Assembly: GCA_050951545.1 (NCBI GenBank)
Contig: JBMNJG010000002.1
Location: 96,001-160,000, forward strand
DNA: 64,000 bases
Source of the DNA: Limnochordia bacterium
GTDB taxonomy: Bacteria; Bacillota; Limnochordia; DTU080
Reading direction: 5' to 3'
In this document: positions 30,252 to 39,565 of the stretch, one piece after another
Layout: each line of letters starts with the position of its first letter
How positions within the stretch are numbered: the first letter of the stretch is position 1
Made by a program: the position numbers and the translations under genes
Notes under the pieces: model-generated
Database searches by the model: none
What the model was told of the DNA's origin: nothing
Seen by the model: the letters and a program-made list of their open reading frames with translations, nothing else

Positions 30252-30799
30252 ATCCGGTGACTAGGCAAACGCTGGCTGACGAAGAGGGTGCACATAAGCT
30301 GCACTGCAGCTTCGACGTCAATATCCCTGGACAGCAGAAAGCGCATCGACAGTGCCTGAAGGGCCCCAAAGGCAATGGTCCCTATGAGGCCGCTGTCGCC
30401 ATCGGGCCTCAGTAGCTCGCCGATGAGCCCAGGTATCTGAGAGGCGTACTCTTCCATGGGGGCAAACTCATGTTTTAGGGGAAAGCGATACTCTTGAATC
30501 ATCAGCTTCGCCAATGATGGGTTCTGGCGTAATTCCGCGAAATGCAGGCGAAGGAAGGTCTCAAACCGCTGATTGATAGGCCTGTTTTGTGCGAGCAGTG
30601 TCTGCAGCAGCTGTGCCCTGTGGTGGCATTCCACTTCAAAGATGTAGCCCAAGATCTCCTCTTTGCTCCGAAAATAGTTGTAGATTGTTCCTACGGAAAC
30701 CTCCGCAGTGTCAGCAATCTCTTGGATGGTGGTCTCATAGAAGCCCCCCTTGGCAATGACATCCACGGCAGCCAATCTGATCTGCTCTCGCCGGGTCAA
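30245..30799 (-). CDS. TetR/AcrR family transcriptional regulator
   Basis: GFYETTIQEIADTAEVSVGTIYNYFRSKEEI HTH. Confidence 0.92.
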   Translation of the reverse strand: MTRREQIRLAAVDVIAKGGFYETTIQEIADTAEVSVGTIYNYFRSKEEILGYIFEVECHHRAQLLQTLLAQNRPINQRFETFLRLHFAELRQNPSLAKLMIQEYRFPLKHEFAPMEEYASQIPGLIGELLRPDGDSGLIGTIAFGALQALSMRFLLSRDIDVEAAVQLMCTLFVSQRLPSHRIE

Positions 30800-30908
30800 T
30801 CTCGCTTGCCTCCTCTGAAAATCCGTCTACGTTGCGGTGAACACCTGCCGCAGCCGCCTCGACTTCCGCGCGTGGCTGGCCGTCGACACGTGTACTCCTT
30901 CGTGCGAC

Positions 30909-30926
30909 TGACTGAACGGTCACTCA
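30909..30926. promoter_or_regulatory. Putative TetR operator 2
   Basis: TGACTGAACGGTCACTCA (16/18 identical to operator 1), just downstream of a minus-strand TTGACA-N18-TATCCT promoter. Confidence 0.65.
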
Positions 30927-31102
30927 TTTGCTAGGATACCCTAGCAAATGAGGCATTGTCAAGGGGCAAGGTCTGGTTGGCGCTCGGTTGACGAGGGCGC
31001 GCCAGTAGGTCTGACCCCTGTTTCTCAGTCTCTTCGGTCATCCAGTCATAAGCGAACCTCAGGTTCTCGTACTAATGAGGGAGTCGGAGGTGACGCGCTC
31101 TT

Positions 31103-32299
31103 ATGACTCTAGCGAAGAGGAAGCTGTCTTGGAGCGACCGGGTCGGTGCCATACTCACCGTGGCTGCTTGTTTGTTGCTCCTGTGGCATCCGCAAGATGC
31201 TATCAAGGGAGGGCTGCAGGGACTCAGGATTTTCGGTGAGATCGTGCTCCCGTCACTGCTTCCCTTTTTTGTGGCCTCTGAGATCCTGATCGGTCTAGGG
31301 TTAGTCCATTTTCTTGGTGCTCTCGTGGAGCCACTCATGAGGCCTCTGTTCAACGTGCCAGGCGTAGGCTCGTTTGTCTGGAGCATGGGATTGGCTGCGG
31401 GTTATCCGATGGATGCTGTGATCACTGCGAAGCTGCGTCATGCTGGCGATTGCACTCGCGTGGAGGGTGAACGGCTCCTTGCCTTCACTAACACCGCCGA
31501 CCCTCTGTTTTTGCTGGGAGCGGTTGCAGTCGGGATGCTTGGTATGCCGGCGGTCGGCTTTCATCTCGCTACGGCTCATTATGCCTCAGCGATAGCCGTA
31601 GGGTTGCTCTTTCGCTTCTACGGGAGGAAAGAGCCTGATGGATCGGCGGTTCCCAGGGAGAACAGGATTAGGGACGGGTACCTGCAGCACGCTTGGCATG
31701 AGTTGTATCGGGCGCGTGAACAAGACGGCCGGCCTTTGGGTAGACTGTTGGCGGATGCCATGGCAGATTCCACACAGACCCTGATCCGCATCGGCGGATT
31801 CATCATGTTTTTCGCCGCCCTTATCAGGTTGTTGGATACTACAGGGGCACTGCAGTGGATTTGCGCTCCGTTGAGTTGGCCTTTGGCCGTTCTTGGCTGG
31901 GAGAAGGAGCTGAGTATGGGGTTGGCAGCTGGTCTTATGGAGCTCGATGTGGGATCGGCTATGGTGGCAACTGCACCAGCACCTCTTATGCAGCGGCTGG
32001 CGGTCATCGGGGCGATTGTTGGTTGGAGCGGCCTCTCGGTGCACGGGCAGGTGGCCAGCATAGTTAGTTCTACAGACTTGCGGATGAGTGCCTATATTAG
32101 AGCTCGCGTGTTACATGCTGTGCTGGCCAGCGGGTTTACGGTACTCCTCGTGTGGCTGCGTCCTCCGGTGGCAGCAACTGCTGCAGGTGTTTTTACGGCT
32201 GTGGCGTTCAGCCCCTTTTTCCGTCTGATCGTAGCCAGTGCGGTTACAGCGTTTGCAGTCATAGGAGGGGCTACCTGTCATGTACTGTCGCGACGGTAG
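31103..32299 (+). CDS. ylbJ: Sporulation integral membrane protein YlbJ
   Basis: VLPSLLPFF, EPLMRPLFNVPG, AGYP, EGERLLAFTNTADPLF, GWSGLSVHGQV. SigmaE-like GTCATA...CGTACTAAT upstream (31045-31076). Confidence 0.9.
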   Translation: MTLAKRKLSWSDRVGAILTVAACLLLLWHPQDAIKGGLQGLRIFGEIVLPSLLPFFVASEILIGLGLVHFLGALVEPLMRPLFNVPGVGSFVWSMGLAAGYPMDAVITAKLRHAGDCTRVEGERLLAFTNTADPLFLLGAVAVGMLGMPAVGFHLATAHYASAIAVGLLFRFYGRKEPDGSAVPRENRIRDGYLQHAWHELYRAREQDGRPLGRLLADAMADSTQTLIRIGGFIMFFAALIRLLDTTGALQWICAPLSWPLAVLGWEKELSMGLAAGLMELDVGSAMVATAPAPLMQRLAVIGAIVGWSGLSVHGQVASIVSSTDLRMSAYIRARVLHAVLASGFTVLLVWLRPPVAATAAGVFTAVAFSPFFRLIVASAVTAFAVIGGATCHVLSRR

Positions 32300-32363
32300 C
32301 TGATGTCAGAGGATTACCGTTTCCTTTCACGAACGTACATTGTATACAGGGGGGATATCTAAC

Positions 32364-32813
32364 GTGGATGCAACCATAAAGACCAAAGCCGAGGAGCTGG
32401 GCCAGCTTCTGGCAGAGTCGAGTGTCTTTCAGCGGTTGGAGACGGCACGGGCGGCGATGAAAGAGCGTTCGGCGGCTCAGCTCATGTTGCGCGATTTCGT
32501 GGCAAAACAGCAGAGGCTACAGCAAAAGAGCATGGCTGGTCATGAGATCTCTGAGGCCGAGATGGGCGATCTAGAACGGTCATGGCAGATCGTCAGTATG
32601 AATCCCTACGTCAGGGAGTATTTGCAGGCGGAACGAGAGTTCGCCGATACGTGGCTGGGAGTCATGGGGATTCTGTCACAAGCAGTAGGACTTGACGCAC
32701 CGGATGAGGCCGAGGCAGAGGAAGCGGAAGGCTCGGCGGAGGAGTCGGCGGACAGCAACGAGGCAGCTGCTGCGAAGGCGAAGAGCCGTCTCTGGGTGCC
32801 GGGTGGCAAGTGA
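32364..32813 (+). CDS. YlbF/YheA/YmcA family regulator with acidic tail ending SRLWVPG
   Basis: [27 protein letters not shown] start after GGGGG. Confidence 0.8.
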   Translation: MDATIKTKAEELGQLLAESSVFQRLETARAAMKERSAAQLMLRDFVAKQQRLQQKSMAGHEISEAEMGDLERSWQIVSMNPYVREYLQAEREFADTWLGVMGILSQAVGLDAPDEAEAEEAEGSAEESADSNEAAAAKAKSRLWVPGGK

Positions 32814-32835
32814 GCTGGTAGAAGGAGATAGGGCA

Positions 32836-34134
32836 GTGAGCGAAGAGCAGGTATACATTGAAGATCTGCATGCGCATGATGCTGATGAGGTAACTGTCAA
32901 AGGCTGGGTCTACAACAAGCGTTCTGGTGGGCGTATCCAGTTTGTTCTGGTCCGAGATGGGACAGGCATAGTGCAGAGTGTGATCCTCAAGAATCAGGTG
33001 AGTCCTGAGCTTTTTGCTCTCGCGGAATCCTTGACTCAGGAGTCATCGGTGATTGTCCGTGGGGTTGTGCGCACTGATGCAAGAGCACCGGGCGGCTATG
33101 AACTAGAGGTCACTCATCTGGAGCTCGTCCAGCTAGCCCAGGAGTATCCGATCACTCCGAAGGAGCACGGCGTGGAGTTTCTGATGGACCACAGGCATCT
33201 GTGGCTACGCTCCAGTCGGCAGCACGCCATCTTGCGAATACGTAGTGAGCTGGTAAGAGCCTGTCACGATTTTCTCCACGACAGGGGCTTTACGCACGTT
33301 GATTCCCCTATTCTTACACCAGCTGCTGTGGAAGGAACGACTACACTGTTCGAGACAGACTACTTTGACTCCAAGGCCTATCTGAGTCAAAGCGGGCAGC
33401 TCTATGCTGAAGCCGCGGCTATGGCGGTAGGTAAGGCGTATTGCTTTGGTCCGACCTTTAGAGCGGAGAAATCTAAGACGCGTCGCCATTTGATGGAGTT
33501 TTGGATGCTTGAGCCGGAGGTAGCCTATGCCACCTCTGAAGACAACATGCGGCTGCAAGAAGAGTTCGTAAGCTACATAGTACAGCGCGTAGTACAGCGC
33601 AGAGCAGCTGAACTTGAAGTTTTGGAGCGTGACACAAGCAAGCTGCAGAATGTCGTGGCGCCTTTCCCTCGGCTCTCCTATGACGAAGCGGTCGAACGTC
33701 TTCAGGCCAAGGGTTCTGATGTCGTCTGGGGTGAGGATTTCGGCGCAGATGACGAGACGATTCTCGCCAACGATTTCGACAGGCCTGTGATGGTGTTCAA
33801 CTATCCGACGGCTTTTAAGGCCTTTTACATGCAACCTGACCCGGACCGGCCAGAGGTGGTTTTGTGTAACGATATGCTGGCACCAGAGGGCTATGGCGAG
33901 ATCATAGGGGGCGGTCAACGCATCGCGGATTACGACCTGCTTGAGCGCCGCCTACACGAACATGATTTGCCGGAGGAGGCCTACGCTTGGTATCTTGACT
34001 TGCGTCGGTATGGCAGTGTTCCCCACGCAGGTTTTGGTCTGGGTATCGAGCGGACCATCGCTTGGATATGCGGCTTGCATCACGTGCGCGAAACTATTCC
34101 CTTCGCACGCATGATGAACCGGCTCTACCCTTAA
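32836..34134 (+). CDS. asnS: Asparagine--tRNA ligase
   Basis: [55 protein letters not shown] start after GGAGA. Confidence 0.97.
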   Translation: MSEEQVYIEDLHAHDADEVTVKGWVYNKRSGGRIQFVLVRDGTGIVQSVILKNQVSPELFALAESLTQESSVIVRGVVRTDARAPGGYELEVTHLELVQLAQEYPITPKEHGVEFLMDHRHLWLRSSRQHAILRIRSELVRACHDFLHDRGFTHVDSPILTPAAVEGTTTLFETDYFDSKAYLSQSGQLYAEAAAMAVGKAYCFGPTFRAEKSKTRRHLMEFWMLEPEVAYATSEDNMRLQEEFVSYIVQRVVQRRAAELEVLERDTSKLQNVVAPFPRLSYDEAVERLQAKGSDVVWGEDFGADDETILANDFDRPVMVFNYPTAFKAFYMQPDPDRPEVVLCNDMLAPEGYGEIIGGGQRIADYDLLERRLHEHDLPEEAYAWYLDLRRYGSVPHAGFGLGIERTIAWICGLHHVRETIPFARMMNRLYP

Positions 34135-34400
34135 GAACGGGTTCCAAGTAGGATGCAGAGCACTCCCATTACCACAAGTGCTAGCCTGTGGGGGAGTATC
34201 TTAGTAGCCAAGCCAGTGATGCCGAGAAGATTGACGAGTACCAGTATCATGGGACCCAGGAGGCCAAGAACTCCGTTGATGCGTAAGGCTGTCTCGACAC
34301 TACGGTAGCGCACCATGAGTATGGCTGCGAGCAACTCGAGACTTCCGGAGATCAGGCGCAGAAAGGCCATACTGGCTACAAGCTGTAGGGTGTCGTTCAA
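34131..34400 (-). CDS. yqhV: YqhV (DUF2619) family sporulation membrane protein
   Basis: [19 protein letters not shown]...[13 protein letters not shown]. SigmaE-like -10 CATAAGAT upstream (34441-34448). Confidence 0.85.
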   Translation of the reverse strand: MNDTLQLVASMAFLRLISGSLELLAAILMVRYRSVETALRINGVLGLLGPMILVLVNLLGITGLATKILPHRLALVVMGVLCILLGTRS

Positions 34401-34583
34401 GATCTTCGCTCCTCTTGGTGCGCTGTGCGAACGTCAACTCATCTTATGGCAGAAGTAGGCTGGGTAGAAGAGAAGTACCGCCAGGAAGTCTCCTTCCACA
34501 GGGTCGGAAGTCCGTTTCTTGTTGCTCAGGGAGAGTTGTGCTATCCTGGAAAATACAGGTTGACCTTGAAGGGGGTTCCGGTT

Positions 34584-35831
34584 ATGTACGCACCTCTGCG
34601 CAAAGTAGATTCTGAGGTGTATCAGGCTATTCAGGCGGAACAGCATCGTCAGGAAACAAAGATTGAGCTTATCGCCTCGGAGAATTTCGTTAGCGCTGCG
34701 GTGCGAGAGGCGCAAGGGTCGGTTCTGACCAATAAGTATGCCGAAGGCTATCCTGGACGGCGCTACTATGGTGGCTGCGAGCATGTGGATATTGTTGAGC
34801 AGCTGGCCATCGACCGGGCCAAGGCCCTGTTTGGGGCAGGGCATGTAAATGTACAGTCGCACTCAGGTGCTCAGGCGAACCAGGCGGTATATTTCGCGGC
34901 TCTTGAGCCAGGCGACACGGTGCTGGGAATGGCGTTGCCGCATGGAGGACACCTCACTCACGGTAGCCCAGTGAACCTTTCGGGCAAGTGGTTTGAGGCG
35001 GTGTCCTACGGAGTCGACAAGACCAGTGAGCGTATCGACTACGATGAACTGCGTGCGCTGGCTAGGGAGCATCGCCCTAAGCTCATTGTAGCCGGGGCCA
35101 GCGCCTATCCCCGTATCATCGACTTTTCGATCTTTAGATCTGTTTGTGATGAAGTAGGAGCGCAGCTCATGGTGGATATGGCCCACATCGCGGGTCTTGT
35201 GGCTGCTGGGCTTCATCCGAGTCCCATTCCGTACGCCGACTACGTAACCACCACTACGCACAAGACTCTGCGGGGTCCGCGCGGTGGGATGATCATGTGC
35301 AAAGAAGAGCTCGCCAAGGCTGTAGACAAGGCAGTCTTCCCGGGCATTCAGGGCGGTCCGCTGATGCATGTAATCGCTGCCAAGGCAGTGGCCCTCAAAG
35401 AGGCTCAGAGTGCTGAATTCGTCAGCTACCAGAAGCGTGTCGTTGAGAATGCTCAGGCGCTAGCCGCAGCGCTGAGCGCTCGCGGTTTTCGTCTGGTATC
35501 GGGGGGCACAGATAATCACCTGATGCTGGTCAATGTCAAAGTGAAAGGACTTACTGGTAAAGTGGCCGAAGCTGTTCTTGATGAGTTGGGCATCACGGTC
35601 AACAAGAACACCATCCCCTTCGAAACTGAGAGCCCCTTTGTGACAAGTGGTATCAGATTGGGTACGCCTGCGGTAACCACCCGCGGCATGGACTCTCAGG
35701 CCATGGAGGAAATCGCTGACATCATTGATGCTGTACTTAGGGCAGCAGCTGAAGGAAACCTAGACTCGGCAAAGCAGGAGTTGCGCGCTCGAGTAGAGGC
35801 CCTTGTGGCTCAGTTTCCTCTTGACCAGTAG
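34584..35831 (+). CDS. glyA: Serine hydroxymethyltransferase
   Basis: [44 protein letters not shown]. Confidence 0.98.
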   Translation: MYAPLRKVDSEVYQAIQAEQHRQETKIELIASENFVSAAVREAQGSVLTNKYAEGYPGRRYYGGCEHVDIVEQLAIDRAKALFGAGHVNVQSHSGAQANQAVYFAALEPGDTVLGMALPHGGHLTHGSPVNLSGKWFEAVSYGVDKTSERIDYDELRALAREHRPKLIVAGASAYPRIIDFSIFRSVCDEVGAQLMVDMAHIAGLVAAGLHPSPIPYADYVTTTTHKTLRGPRGGMIMCKEELAKAVDKAVFPGIQGGPLMHVIAAKAVALKEAQSAEFVSYQKRVVENAQALAAALSARGFRLVSGGTDNHLMLVNVKVKGLTGKVAEAVLDELGITVNKNTIPFETESPFVTSGIRLGTPAVTTRGMDSQAMEEIADIIDAVLRAAAEGNLDSAKQELRARVEALVAQFPLDQ

Positions 35832-35841
35832 CAGAAGATAG

Positions 35842-37146
35842 ATGCCTACGGTTCGCACGAAGGCCGGGCGCACACGCGATCTGCGCCCGGCAATGCGCAT
35901 AGTGGCGCTTGAGGGCTTGTTCGCCAGCGCCAGTGATTACTTTTCGGTGCCCTATGTATCCCTTTTTGCTCTCAGTCTGGGTGCCAGTAGGACACAGATC
36001 GGGCTCATCGCCGCGGTCATCGCCCTGCTAGGTAGCGTGATGCAGCTGCCGATGGCGGTTCTGACTGAGGGGCGCTGGAGTCGCAAGCAGTGGTTTATCC
36101 TGTCCGGTGTCTTGGCTCGGGGTCTTTGGATCCCGATCGCTTTGCTTCCGTTTTACGCCTCCGGCCAGCGCGCGGTCTGGCTCTTTGTTTTGTTGGTTGC
36201 CGTGCGGTCCTTGGGAACTGCTGTTGGCTTGCCGGCCTGGACAACGCTAATGGCCGACATCACACCGCAGCCTGTGCGGGGCAGGTTCTTCGCTTACCGC
36301 AATATCCTTATGAACAGTGCTGGCTTGGTCTGTGTGCTGCTGGCTGGCTGGCTTATCCGGCAGTGGGGTGCCCCGCTCGGATACCAGATCTCCTTCCTCG
36401 CGGCGGCTGTCACGGGGATGATAGCCGTAGGCGTTTTCTCTCGACTACAGGAGCCCCCAGCTACAGAAGCACGTAGTCCGTCTGATGCGTCTGAAGAGCA
36501 CTTACCTTTGCGTCTGCGCCTGGGGCTGCTCACCAGGCATCTGCGACACGAGCGCCAGTTTAGCTTGTATGCGGCCACAGCGATCGTCTGGAGTCTCGGG
36601 CTCTCGCTGCCCCAACCGCTGTTTCCACTCTACTTTGTAGAACAACTCGGTGGCGCTGACTACCTGTGGGGTTTTCTCAGTGCTACCACTACCGTCAGTA
36701 CCGTTATTGGGCAACGCTATTGGGGTGCACTAGTGGATCGCTTTGGTGGGCAGCGCATCATGGCTATCTCAGGCGTGGGTGCGATGTCGGTCCCACTGTT
36801 GTACCTATTGGTTCCCGACTATCGGTTTGTGTTTGCCTTCAACTTAGTGACGGCATTTGCTTGGGCGGGTTACAACCTGGGGGCGTTTAATCTGTTGCTT
36901 GAGATCACTCCTGACCGGCGCAGGGCCACCTATGTGGCGGGTTATAACGGCCTGGTAGGGTTGGCCTCTACGGTGGCCCCTCTTGCCGGAGGATTTTTGG
37001 CTCAGCATGCTGGGATTTATCCTACGTTTCTTGTCGCCTTTGCTCTGCGCGTGACGGGATGGTTGCTCTTTATCGCCTTAGTGCGTCCAACGAGCGGCAG
37101 CCCTGTCGAGTGGTCGCAACTTGTGCCTGGACGGCGAAAGCATTAG
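35842..37146 (+). CDS. MFS transporter
   Basis: About 12 TM; MADITPQPVRGRFF, WGALVDRFGGQR motif A. Confidence 0.88.
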   Translation: MPTVRTKAGRTRDLRPAMRIVALEGLFASASDYFSVPYVSLFALSLGASRTQIGLIAAVIALLGSVMQLPMAVLTEGRWSRKQWFILSGVLARGLWIPIALLPFYASGQRAVWLFVLLVAVRSLGTAVGLPAWTTLMADITPQPVRGRFFAYRNILMNSAGLVCVLLAGWLIRQWGAPLGYQISFLAAAVTGMIAVGVFSRLQEPPATEARSPSDASEEHLPLRLRLGLLTRHLRHERQFSLYAATAIVWSLGLSLPQPLFPLYFVEQLGGADYLWGFLSATTTVSTVIGQRYWGALVDRFGGQRIMAISGVGAMSVPLLYLLVPDYRFVFAFNLVTAFAWAGYNLGAFNLLLEITPDRRRATYVAGYNGLVGLASTVAPLAGGFLAQHAGIYPTFLVAFALRVTGWLLFIALVRPTSGSPVEWSQLVPGRRKH

Positions 37147-37160
37147 GGCGACTCAGGCCT

Positions 37161-39536
37161 TCAGGGTAGCTGCATGCGATACACATGCACTGCGGCCGGG
37201 CCAAAGGTGTCACGCAAGACCCCTTCATGCATCCTTAGCGTTCGCTTCTCAAATGCGACGTCGATTTCCGCTTGCATAGGTAGGCCAGCGGTGCGCAGCT
37301 CCAGCTCGCCAAGATCCTGTTCGGAGGTGTTGACTGCCAGCAGAGTAAGATGGTTCTCATGCTCTATGGCCAAACAGCGTACAACGCCTTGCGGTCCACT
37401 TTGGAAACGGATACCCGTATGCGCTGGGCCCAGGAAGAGGGGCATCAGCTCGCCGACTTCCGCCACGATCTCTTTCATCGCGGCCCAGAGTTCTGGGTAA
37501 TCCTCCATGTGGAATGAGCGGTCACGATAGGTGTAGTAGATGAGCCCATTGGCACCTTCGATGAGTGCCTGGTATGTCATGTTGCGCTCTTGGGCGGGTG
37601 TCGGTACGCTCCACGAAGAGTAATCGCCGAAAGCCTGTGGTACCACCCACACAGGTTTAGCGTCTTGTACCGCCTCTCGGGCCTGGGCCACGTACTCACC
37701 CACTCGATGCAAATTGGCGGTACGCTGGACGGGATAGGGATCAACCGCTGACACCTCGATCCAAGGCGCATAGTTGGCGTACTCAGCGGGTATGCACAAG
37801 ACGGTATAGACAAGGCGCTGGGGATCAAGAGTCTTGATCTGATCGATGTTGCGCCCTACCGTTTCAGGAGCTACGCCAGCCCCGTCAGGCTCGTCGCCAC
37901 TATTCCAGGCGATCACCGCTGGATGCTCGCGGAAGCGCCAGACGGTCACCATATCCTGCAGCCCTTCCACGATCACTTTGAGCCCCAGGCTGTGGGCCTC
38001 GTCCAGGAGTTCACGGAAATCATACAAATCTCGGGCCCCGATATGCACTGTGTTGAACCCGGCTTCAGCCGCTGCATGGAGGAAACGACTCACTTCTTGC
38101 TTTGTGAAAGGCCAAGTGACCATGTATATGCCGAGCGGGAAAAAGGGTTCGTCGTCTACATAGGTCACATTGCGCTCGTCTAGCCACACCTTGGGTTGCG
38201 GATGGAGGCGGACTGTATATTGTCCCGCATGAACCACCTGATCGTCGACGAACAGGTGGGCGCTCAAGAGCTTTTCCCCTGAGGGCAACCCAGCAAGGGG
38301 CAGATCGAGCGACACCACGCTCTGCGGACTGTCCAGAGACACCACCTTCCGTTCAGCCAGAGTCACTTCGAGCCGCGTGTTGCTGAGCTCGATACCCTCG
38401 TCGGGGAGAAGGTGCAGTCTGGGCTGTATGCTTTCTGAGTGAGGATAGTAGTGCCGTGGCCACAACTCAAACTGAATGGCCTCGGGTAGTGTCTGGATAC
38501 GGCTCAGCGTGTAAAAGGGAGTCCCTTTGGCGTCTGTTAGCGTGAGGTCAAGGGTATATGGCCCTCGTTCGTTCAGCTCGAAGGGGATATGAGCGGTGGT
38601 GATCTCACCAGCGGCCAGATTCAGCGTGGTTTCTGGCGCGGTTGCCCATTCGTCGTAACGGCTTCGGCCGTAGCGCAAGCCCAACTGTACTCTCACTTGT
38701 TGGCCTTCGCCTAGGTTGCGCAGCTGTACTTTTGCGACGTTCTTGCCAGGCAGGTTCTGACCGGGTTCAAACTGAGCCAATTCTACACCGTGGCGGCGGC
38801 ACCGGGCATAGGCTACAGCGTTTTCCAGAAGTCCGCGTCCCAAAGGTTGTGCGGACCTGTCACTCATGCGAAAGTAGCTCGTCACAACGAGTAGCCCATC
38901 GCCTACTGGGCGATAGGCCAGTAGGGCTTCCTGATCATAGCAGCGTACGGGAGTTTTCCAGGGTTCTTGGATGCCAGTCAGGTGAGCCCAGTTATACTTG
39001 TTGTGTAAGAAGGGGCGCAGATCGTTGGGCCAACTCAGCAACGGATCACCGTCGGCCACCGTAACAGAACGTGTCTCATCTGAAGGGCGGCTGTGAGCGG
39101 CACAGGTGCTGCTGCTTAGCATAAGCTCGGGGCTGATCGCGCCGATCCATTGCCGCAGCAGCTGCTGGTACGAGGCGTCGGTGCAGATGACCACTCCGCC
39201 GTTCTCTAGAAAGGTCAACCATTGCTGGCTATGGGGCGTGAAATCCTGTGGATTTTCGTAGTTGCTTACGCTGGACCCGACCACGATATCGAACTCCTGC
39301 AGGCGGTTGCTCAACGTCTCCGCCTGCGTGTTCTCGAATTTGACCACCTGCCAACCTAGGGCGGCAAAGATGCTATCGTATTCGTTCATGAACGCCTTGG
39401 AGCCTTTGTTATAGGCGCTGTACATGAAAGCTGCTTTCACGGGCTGCTCAGGTCTGTGCGGATACATTTCGGCAGCGATCGCAGGGGTGCCTGTGCAGCT
39501 GGCGATCAGAAAGAGTGCAAGAGCAAAGATGGTCAC
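37161..39536 (-). CDS. Secreted multidomain protein with C-terminal glycoside-hydrolase-like TIM barrel
   Basis: Signal peptide; PFFPLGIY, AGFNTVH, HPAVIAWNSGDEPD, VDPYPV, KPVWVVPQAF, GANGLIYY (clan GH-A-like). Confidence 0.7.
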   Translation of the reverse strand: MTIFALALFLIASCTGTPAIAAEMYPHRPEQPVKAAFMYSAYNKGSKAFMNEYDSIFAALGWQVVKFENTQAETLSNRLQEFDIVVGSSVSNYENPQDFTPHSQQWLTFLENGGVVICTDASYQQLLRQWIGAISPELMLSSSTCAAHSRPSDETRSVTVADGDPLLSWPNDLRPFLHNKYNWAHLTGIQEPWKTPVRCYDQEALLAYRPVGDGLLVVTSYFRMSDRSAQPLGRGLLENAVAYARCRRHGVELAQFEPGQNLPGKNVAKVQLRNLGEGQQVRVQLGLRYGRSRYDEWATAPETTLNLAAGEITTAHIPFELNERGPYTLDLTLTDAKGTPFYTLSRIQTLPEAIQFELWPRHYYPHSESIQPRLHLLPDEGIELSNTRLEVTLAERKVVSLDSPQSVVSLDLPLAGLPSGEKLLSAHLFVDDQVVHAGQYTVRLHPQPKVWLDERNVTYVDDEPFFPLGIYMVTWPFTKQEVSRFLHAAAEAGFNTVHIGARDLYDFRELLDEAHSLGLKVIVEGLQDMVTVWRFREHPAVIAWNSGDEPDGAGVAPETVGRNIDQIKTLDPQRLVYTVLCIPAEYANYAPWIEVSAVDPYPVQRTANLHRVGEYVAQAREAVQDAKPVWVVPQAFGDYSSWSVPTPAQERNMTYQALIEGANGLIYYTYRDRSFHMEDYPELWAAMKEIVAEVGELMPLFLGPAHTGIRFQSGPQGVVRCLAIEHENHLTLLAVNTSEQDLGELELRTAGLPMQAEIDVAFEKRTLRMHEGVLRDTFGPAAVHVYRMQLP

Positions 39537-39565
39537 GGGTAGCTCACTCCTTTCTCGATTCCCGG

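Noticed and set aside
34401-34583. ZMP/ZTP or glycine riboswitch upstream of glyA, and the ORF-track N-terminal extension
   Set aside because: No recognisable aptamer motifs. The region holds divergent promoters, and glyA homology begins at ATG 34584.
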